The notes beneath the pieces were generated by a model. It ran no database searches and was not told where the DNA came from. It saw only the letters and a program-made list of their open reading frames with translations. 64,000 bases of DNA, from NCBI GenBank assembly GCA_963663165.1, contig OY760175.1, forward strand, positions 4,928,001-4,992,000, in the 5' to 3' direction. This DNA comes from an uncultured Desulfospira sp. GTDB taxonomy: Bacteria; Desulfobacterota; Desulfobacteria; Desulfobacterales; Desulfobacteraceae. Within the stretch, counting starts at the first letter, position 1. Each line of letters starts with the position of its first letter. Below, one piece after another: positions 57,623 to 64,000 of the stretch. The translations under genes and the position numbers were made by a program.

Positions 57623-60190
57623 ATGGAAAAAGAGACGTTGGTCCAGTTTGAACAGCGGTGCATCCAGGAGGAACCGCCCTTTTGCACGGCTGCCTGCCCC
57701 TTTCATGTGGATGTAAAGTCCTTTTTGCAGCACATGGCCGGCAAATCTTTTGACAATGCATTTAAGGTATTGGAAAAGACCCTTCCCTTGCCTGAGGTGC
57801 TTTCCCGGATCTGCGACCATCCCTGCCAGTTGGCATGTGTCCGAAAGCCTGTTGACGAGCCCCTTGCCGTCGGCAGCCTTGAGCGGGCCTGTGCTGCCTT
57901 AAGAAGCCGGCAGAAAAAATATTTTAAGGCCCCGGCCAAGGGAAAGGCCGTGGGGATCTGGGGCTCCGGGGCGTCCAGCCTTGTGGCGGCCTGGGATTTG
58001 AGCCTGAAAGGGTATGCCGTATCCGTGTTTGAGCAGGAAAGCCTTCCTGGCGGCCACCTGAACCGGATAGACCCTTTGGTCCTGCCCCGGGCGGTGTTTG
58101 ACAAGGAGATGGACCGCCTTAAGGGATTTGGCGTCTCTTTTTTCCCGGATACGGATTTTTCAACCTTTAAGGAACGGACCGCCGATTTTCCGGCCCTGTT
58201 CATCGGCATGGATGCCCATGGGGGGCCTGAGCCTTCATCCATCCCGGAAGATGTGGATTCCTTTTCATTGAGGCAGGGTGAATCCAGATATTTCTACGGC
58301 GGATTTTCCAATGACGGCCGGCATGCCGATGGGGTTCAAAACCCGGTGATGCTGGCCTTTCAGGGCAGAAAGGCGGCCACGTCCATTGACCGGATTCTAT
58401 CCGGGGTCTCCCTTGAGGCCGGAAGGCACAAAGAGGGGGTGTTCACCACCCGGTTGGATACAGACCTTGCCAGGATCACACCAATGCCCGGGACCGGGTT
58501 TGAAAAGGCCGTGGCCGGAGAGGCACCGGACCCTGACCTTGCCGCAGCCGAAGCGGCCCGGTGCCACCAGTGTGACTGTTCTCGCTGCATCCGGGCCTGT
58601 AACAGTTTTATAGCGTCCTTTGGGGGATTTCCCGGCCGGTATGCCAGAGAAATCTACAACAACCTGTCCATTGTCATGGGAGAGCGCAAGGCCAACCTGA
58701 TGATCAACTCCTGCACCCTTTGCGATCTGTGCACCACGGTCTGCCCCAATGATTTTTCCATGGCCGACCTGTGTTTGCAGGCCAGACAGCAGATGCTTGA
58801 AGACAAGCGCATGCCGGTTTCGGCCCATGCCTTTGCTTTAGAGGAGATGGACCACGCCATGGGAGAAGAGTGCTTTTTTGCAGGCCACGCCCAAGGCCTG
58901 GACCATTCGGATGTTCTGTTTTTTCCCGGGTGCCAGCTGGTGGGGTCTGCCCCGGTTCAGGCGGCCCGGGCCTGGAACTGGCTTAAAGGGGAAAACAAGG
59001 CCACCGGTATTGTTACGGGATGCTGCGGGGCACCGGCCTTCTGGGCCGGCAGAACCGACCTTTTTGAGACGGCTGTCCTGGGGTTTAAAAAACTATGGGA
59101 AAACTTTGGCTATCCGGATGTGGTGACGGCCTGTAGCGCCTGTACCCGGATGCTGGAAAAGGCCGTGCCCAAAGAGCGGATCAAAAGCCTGTACCGGGTC
59201 ATGGCCAACGCCTGCGCCGAGCCCGAAAAAAAATGGGATCACCTGACCGTGGCCGTGGCAGACCCCTGTACCAGCCGGGATGATGCGGATACCATGGAAG
59301 CGGTCAGAGCCCTTGTCGCCCGTGCCGGTGGCAGTATCAATGAACTGGCAGCATCAGGGGAACTCACTGAATGCTGCGGGTTTGGGGGGCTGACCTTTAA
59401 TGCCAACCCCAAACTTGCCAAAACCATCATTAAACAGCGGGCCGGACAAACAGACACGGATTATCTGGCCTATTGCGCCATGTGCCGGGACCGCCTGGCG
59501 GGGACCGGCAAAAGGACTTTCCACATCCTGGACCTTTTCTGGCCCGAGGGTCTGCCCCCTGCCGGCAATAATGAAAACCCGCCGGATCCGGGTGTCCGCC
59601 CGGACCCCGGATTTTCCAGGCGGCGGATGAACCGGGTGCTGTTCAAAGCAGGCCTTGGGGCCGATCCCCTTTTGGACCCGTCCCGGGACCCGGCAGCCGG
59701 TGTGGCCACCCCCTCGGGAAAAAAGGTGGTCGTGCCGCCCGATGTACTTGAGCATATGGAGGACCAGTTCATCCTGCTTTCAGATGTTGTCGGGGTTCTG
59801 GACCATTTTGAAACCCAGTCGCCCCCGTTTTTCACCCATGGGGAAAGGGGCAGCCGCATCGTCTCTTTCCGGCCCGGCCCGGTCTGTTTCTGGGTGGAAT
59901 TTAACACCAATGAAGATGAATACCGGGTCCGGGATGCCTGGGCCCATCGCATGAGTGTTGTGGTATCGGCCTCATTTATTGAGGGCAAACCGTCCCAAGA
60001 TCATGATCCCCAAGTCCGGTGCGGCAAATGCAGCAAACCCCTGACATTTTATAAGAACCATGTGGAATACTTAGGCTCCCGGTTTGATGTGGACCTGCCC
60101 CAGTGTCCGGACTGCGGCACGCTGTTTATCAGTGCCCATTTATGCCGGACCCGGATGGCGGAAGTGGAACATATCCTTGAAGACAAATAG
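57623..60190 (+). CDS. Pyridine nucleotide-disulfide oxidoreductase/dicluster Fe-S protein with CCG domains and fused DVU_1557-like Zn-ribbon
   Basis: PFCTAACP..SRICDHPC; CTLCDLCTTVCP; FFPGC, CCG x2; C-terminal CGKC..YLG..LPQCPDCG..VEHILEDK. Confidence 0.82.
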   Translation: MEKETLVQFEQRCIQEEPPFCTAACPFHVDVKSFLQHMAGKSFDNAFKVLEKTLPLPEVLSRICDHPCQLACVRKPVDEPLAVGSLERACAALRSRQKKYFKAPAKGKAVGIWGSGASSLVAAWDLSLKGYAVSVFEQESLPGGHLNRIDPLVLPRAVFDKEMDRLKGFGVSFFPDTDFSTFKERTADFPALFIGMDAHGGPEPSSIPEDVDSFSLRQGESRYFYGGFSNDGRHADGVQNPVMLAFQGRKAATSIDRILSGVSLEAGRHKEGVFTTRLDTDLARITPMPGTGFEKAVAGEAPDPDLAAAEAARCHQCDCSRCIRACNSFIASFGGFPGRYAREIYNNLSIVMGERKANLMINSCTLCDLCTTVCPNDFSMADLCLQARQQMLEDKRMPVSAHAFALEEMDHAMGEECFFAGHAQGLDHSDVLFFPGCQLVGSAPVQAARAWNWLKGENKATGIVTGCCGAPAFWAGRTDLFETAVLGFKKLWENFGYPDVVTACSACTRMLEKAVPKERIKSLYRVMANACAEPEKKWDHLTVAVADPCTSRDDADTMEAVRALVARAGGSINELAASGELTECCGFGGLTFNANPKLAKTIIKQRAGQTDTDYLAYCAMCRDRLAGTGKRTFHILDLFWPEGLPPAGNNENPPDPGVRPDPGFSRRRMNRVLFKAGLGADPLLDPSRDPAAGVATPSGKKVVVPPDVLEHMEDQFILLSDVVGVLDHFETQSPPFFTHGERGSRIVSFRPGPVCFWVEFNTNEDEYRVRDAWAHRMSVVVSASFIEGKPSQDHDPQVRCGKCSKPLTFYKNHVEYLGSRFDVDLPQCPDCGTLFISAHLCRTRMAEVEHILEDK

Positions 60191-60845
60191 GCCCGGCGGC
60201 CTTGAACTGACCCGCAGGTCCCTGGCAGCCTGCCAATTGCCCAAAGGCGGCCTGGTCCTGGATGCCGGGTGCGGATTCGGGGCCACGATAAGATATTTAA
60301 GACAGGCGGCAGGCCTTGCCGCCGTTGGGGTGGATGCCTGCCCGGACCGTTTGGCAGAGGGGAAAAAAGATGGCGCTTTTCCGGCGGCAGCCGCCGCACT
60401 TGAGGCATTGCCCTTTGGCCCGGCCGTGTTTGATGCCATTTTTTGTGAGTGTGTGCTCTCCCTTGTGCCGGATAAGGCGTTGTGCCTTACCCATTTTTTT
60501 GAATTGCTCAAGCCCGGGGGGCGGCTTTTGGTCACCGACCTGGTGCTGCCCGGCCATATGGCTCCGGGCGGGGCAGGCCCGTTTGTGACCTGCCTGGACG
60601 GGGCGCTGACCCTTCATGCCCTGGCCGGTGCAATGGAAAGGGCCGGGTTTAAAGTGATCTGCACCCAGGACCATACCCGGCTGTTAACACAGATGGCCTG
60701 TGAAATGGTGTTTGAACACGGCAGCCTTGCGGCCTTCTGGCAAAGCCTGACCGGCGATGTCATCAACAGCGGCCTTGCCAGGCTTTGCCGCAAAGGGAAC
60801 CTCAAACCCGAGTACTGGATGCTCATGGCTAAAAAAACGGAGTGA
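60177..60845 (+). CDS. Class I SAM methyltransferase (DVU_1556-like; start uncertain)
   Basis: RPGGLELT, LDAGCGFG, ECVLSL, LKPGG. Confidence 0.82.
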   Translation: MKTNRPGGLELTRRSLAACQLPKGGLVLDAGCGFGATIRYLRQAAGLAAVGVDACPDRLAEGKKDGAFPAAAAALEALPFGPAVFDAIFCECVLSLVPDKALCLTHFFELLKPGGRLLVTDLVLPGHMAPGGAGPFVTCLDGALTLHALAGAMERAGFKVICTQDHTRLLTQMACEMVFEHGSLAAFWQSLTGDVINSGLARLCRKGNLKPEYWMLMAKKTE

Positions 60846-61264
60846 TGATGGATAACCTGGAAATATTAAGATTAAAGTCTGAAGGGCTCTGCTGCAGCCA
60901 GATCATGGTCCGGCTGGTCCTGGACATGATGGACAGGGAAAATCAGGACCTGGTGAATTTCTCCCGGGGACTTTGCCTGGGGTATGGTTCGCCTGCCGGG
61001 GCCTGCGGCATCCTGACCGCCGGGATCTGTATCCTGGCCATGTACATGGCCGGGGACAATGAAAAATTCAAAAGCGTCCGGGAAACGTTTACAGGGGATT
61101 TTACGGCCCTGGCCGGCGGAACCCTGGTGTGCAAAGAGATCACCGGCTCCTTTTACCCGCAAATGAATCCGGAAAAGTGCGGCAGCCTGCTGGCCCTAAC
61201 CCATGACCGGCTGGTGGAGATCCTTATGGAAAACGGCATTGATCCGGCAGACCCGGATGTGTAA
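60842..61264 (+). CDS. C-GCAxxG-C-C family protein (DVU_1555-like)
   Basis: CCSQ, CGILTAG, C..I, C motifs. Confidence 0.8.
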   Translation: MMMDNLEILRLKSEGLCCSQIMVRLVLDMMDRENQDLVNFSRGLCLGYGSPAGACGILTAGICILAMYMAGDNEKFKSVRETFTGDFTALAGGTLVCKEITGSFYPQMNPEKCGSLLALTHDRLVEILMENGIDPADPDV

Positions 61265-61266
61265 CC

Positions 61267-62613
61267 ATGTCCCCGGATCTGTCCTACCATACAAAAAGCC
61301 TTTGCCCCCAGTGCCTTAAACTGCTTGAGGCCCGGCACGTGGCCCATGGCAGCACCGTATACATGGAAAAAACCTGCCCGGACCATGGCCTGTTCCGGGC
61401 AAAGATCTGGGAAGGCCTTGACCTTTACCATAAGTGGCACCGTCCCAAGATCCCCATTGAAAAACGGTTTTCCATGACGCCGGTCCAACAGGGCTGCCCC
61501 TTTGACTGCGGCCTTTGCCCGGACCACCGCCAGCACACCTGCACGGCGGTTCTGGACATTACGGCCCAATGCAACCTTGCCTGCCCGTTTTGCTTTGCCG
61601 ATGCCGGTAAACAACACGCCGGCCCGGACCAGGGCCTGGGAGAGATACAAAAATTATTGGAACAGGTCATGGCCGTAAGTCCCACCTGCAACCTTCAGCT
61701 GTCCGGGGGGGAGCCGTCCCTGCGCGGGGATCTGCCCGATATTGTGGCGGCGGCGGTCTCCTTGGGCTTTGCCTTTGTCCAGCTCAACACCAACGGGATT
61801 GCGGCAGGGCTTAACCCTGAGCTTGCCCTGTCCATGGCCAGGGCCGGCCTTTCCTCGGTATTCCTTCAGTTTGACGGGGTTTCAGACCCGGTCTATGAAC
61901 GGCTTCGGGGGCGGCCGCTGTTTAAGATCAAGCAGGCCGCTATCCGCCATTTCGGGGAAAACGGCATTGGCGTGGTCCTGGTGCCCACCCTGGTGCCCGG
62001 GGTCAATGACCATGAAATCGGCAAAATTCTTGAATTTGCCCTGGACCATGCCCCGGCTGTCCGGGGGGTGCATTTCCAGCCGGTCAGTTTTTTTGGCCGC
62101 CATGGAAGCGCCCCTGAAGACCGGGACCGGATCACCATCCCTGAAATTCTAGAATCCATCCAGGCCCAGACCAGGGCAAGGTTTAAGGCAGGGGATTTTA
62201 CACCGCCCTCCTGCGAACATAGCTTGTGTGCATTCTCGGGCAAGTTTTTGCGTGGCCATGACGGCAGTGTCCGGCCCCTGACTCTTTTTGATGCGGCCTG
62301 CTGCACCCCGGTGCGGGCTGAGCAGGGGGCTCAAAAGGCCAAGGCAACCGTGGTGCGCCACTGGCAGGTCCCGGCCAGGGAATGCGCCTGTGCCTCGGGC
62401 CGGGAAGACGGACTGGACCGGTTTATCCGAAAGGCAGAGCAGGGCATGTTCACCGTATCGGGCATGGCGTTTCAGGATGTGTGGAACCTGGACATTGAAC
62501 GGCTCAAGGGGTGCTGTATCCATGCCGTGTCCCCTGACGGGCGGCTGATTCCCTTTTGTGCCTATAACCTGACATCGGCAGGCGGCAAAGGACTTTACAG
62601 ACACCATGGCTGA
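61267..62613 (+). CDS. Radical SAM protein (TrsS-like, Cys form)
   Basis: CNLACPFC; CPFDCGLC..H; LSGGEP; CCIH..IPFCAYN. Confidence 0.85.
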   Translation: MSPDLSYHTKSLCPQCLKLLEARHVAHGSTVYMEKTCPDHGLFRAKIWEGLDLYHKWHRPKIPIEKRFSMTPVQQGCPFDCGLCPDHRQHTCTAVLDITAQCNLACPFCFADAGKQHAGPDQGLGEIQKLLEQVMAVSPTCNLQLSGGEPSLRGDLPDIVAAAVSLGFAFVQLNTNGIAAGLNPELALSMARAGLSSVFLQFDGVSDPVYERLRGRPLFKIKQAAIRHFGENGIGVVLVPTLVPGVNDHEIGKILEFALDHAPAVRGVHFQPVSFFGRHGSAPEDRDRITIPEILESIQAQTRARFKAGDFTPPSCEHSLCAFSGKFLRGHDGSVRPLTLFDAACCTPVRAEQGAQKAKATVVRHWQVPARECACASGREDGLDRFIRKAEQGMFTVSGMAFQDVWNLDIERLKGCCIHAVSPDGRLIPFCAYNLTSAGGKGLYRHHG

Positions 62614-63973
62614 CGGCCTTTCCTTCATAGACCCGTGGGTGTGCCAATGCATGGGCAGTAACACGGACCCTTTAAATCCGGACCAACTGGAAGCATACCA
62701 GGCGGCAGCGGTTAAGCGGACCCTTGACCTGGCCCGGGAAAAGAGCCGGTTTTACCGGGAACATCTGCCCCAGGGGGCAGTGGCTGATTTCCGGACCCTG
62801 GCGGATCTAAAAAACCTGCCGTTTACGACACCGTCAGATCTGGCAGGGCAGGCCCCGCAGTTTGCCTGCGTTTCCCAGGCTGAGGTGGACCGGTTTTTCA
62901 CTCTGGAAACCTCGGGAACCACCGGCGTTTCCAAACGACTCTGTTTTACCCGAGAAGAACTTTTAATGACCCGGGACTATTTTGGGGCCATTCTCTCACA
63001 GGTTCTGTCACCCGGCGCGGCCTGCCTGATCTTTTTTCCCTGCAGGGCCCCCTTGTCGGCCGGGGATCTGATCCGTAGTGCCGCAGAGGATGCCGGCGGG
63101 ATGGCCGTGGTTCACGGACCGGTTTTGGATTTGCACCTGGCGGCCGCTGCCGTACGGGCCACTGATCCCGGTGTGATCATCGGGCTGCCCGGGCAGATGC
63201 TGGCTTTGGGTGAATTTATGGCTTTAACGGAACAATGCGTGCCCCGGGTGCCTTATTTTATTTTAACCGGTGACCATGTCAGCCCTGTGGTGGCCCGGCG
63301 GATTCAAACCCTGTTCAACAGCCGGGCAATGTCCCAGTACGGGCTGACCGAGACCGGGTTTGGTGCGGCCGTACAATGCCCCTTTGGCCAGGGCCTTCAT
63401 ATCCGGTTTCCCCATCTGGTGGTTGAGATTGTTGATCCGATAACCGGCCAGCCCCTTGGGGCCGGAGAACCCGGGGAGGTGGTGGTGACCACCCTGGGAC
63501 GTAGGGCCATGCCCCTGATCCGGTACCGGTCCGGGGATTTGTCCCGGTGGCTTGATCCGCCTTGCGCCTGCGGCAGCCCGTTTCCCCGGCTTGACCGGGT
63601 AAAAAGCCGGTTTGCTGAAGGCATCCGCCTTGACGCCAATGCGGTCCTCTCCATGGCAGACCTGGATGATGCCCTGTTTGCCCTGCCCGGTGTGGTGGAT
63701 TTTACTGCCTCCAGGAAGGGGCATGATCCCCAGGTGCTTGATCTGGAGGTGACGGCGCTGGATCAGACCCTGTCCTTCCATGCGGTAAAAGAGGCGGTAG
63801 AACAGATTGCCGGGGTAAAGGCCGCTGTGGATTCAGGCCGGATCTGTTGGGGGCACATTGAAATCCATGGCTTTGACCGATTCAGTTTAAGCCGGGGCAA
63901 GCGAATGATGATAACCAAGAACCCGTGTTTGGGCGAAAAGTTACCCAGATGCAAGGCGCAGAAAAATTTGTAA
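62606..63973 (+). CDS. AMP-dependent CoA ligase (phenylacetate-CoA ligase/DVU_1553-like)
   Basis: TSGTTG, YGLTE, MPLIRYRSGD. Confidence 0.85.
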   Translation: MADGLSFIDPWVCQCMGSNTDPLNPDQLEAYQAAAVKRTLDLAREKSRFYREHLPQGAVADFRTLADLKNLPFTTPSDLAGQAPQFACVSQAEVDRFFTLETSGTTGVSKRLCFTREELLMTRDYFGAILSQVLSPGAACLIFFPCRAPLSAGDLIRSAAEDAGGMAVVHGPVLDLHLAAAAVRATDPGVIIGLPGQMLALGEFMALTEQCVPRVPYFILTGDHVSPVVARRIQTLFNSRAMSQYGLTETGFGAAVQCPFGQGLHIRFPHLVVEIVDPITGQPLGAGEPGEVVVTTLGRRAMPLIRYRSGDLSRWLDPPCACGSPFPRLDRVKSRFAEGIRLDANAVLSMADLDDALFALPGVVDFTASRKGHDPQVLDLEVTALDQTLSFHAVKEAVEQIAGVKAAVDSGRICWGHIEIHGFDRFSLSRGKRMMITKNPCLGEKLPRCKAQKNL

Positions 63974-64000
63974 CCGGGGCAACCTTTCGGTTGTGAGGCT
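63922..64000. repeat. Partial inverted copy of the 57412-57540 repeat family
   Basis: CCGTGTTTGGGCGAAAAGTTACCCAGATGCAAGGCGC. Confidence 0.75.

Noticed and set aside
57414..57716. ORFs across the mop downstream intergenic region
   Set aside because: Translations of the palindromic repeat
42659..63954. Many 60-370 aa antisense or alternate-frame ORFs over long genes (also within the ISs)
   Set aside because: Shadow ORFs of coding DNA with no motifs or RBS

Overview
Bacterial window, probably from a sulfate-reducing Desulfobacterota (Desulfobacteraceae-like) genome. The evidence is the Mop aldehyde oxidoreductase and DVU_1553-1558-type cluster plus the repeat families; this is inference, not a database result. 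The window has two halves separated by tRNA-Val(CAC) at 46990-47064. The left ~47 kb is accessory. Its first ~37 kb is a nested pile of mobile elements, most with readable inverted repeats (IR) and target-site duplications (TSD): 4 IS1380, IS66, IS1634, 3 ISNCY-like, ISKra4-like with DUF4338, a two-ORF Mutator/IS256-like IS, IS110, IS91 (full plus partial) and a RAYT. It also holds integron-type cassettes with attC sites and is followed by secreted repeat proteins and an AAA-AraC regulator. The right ~17 kb is core-like: HD-GYP and GGDEF-EAL signalling genes and the Mop operon. Best leads: (1) a ~10 kb module inside the IS66 that combines a RIT recombinase trio, a CHC2 Zn-finger, a DDE transposase, an AAA ATPase and a RepB-type primase; (2) IS91 capture of a ttcA'-rpoZ-'greA housekeeping segment; (3) a tandem, structurally conserved RNA-like leader upstream of the GGDEF-EAL gene; (4) a RAYT that appears to have inserted as a unit; (5) one PEP-CTERM gene that reconstructs in frame across three insertion sites.
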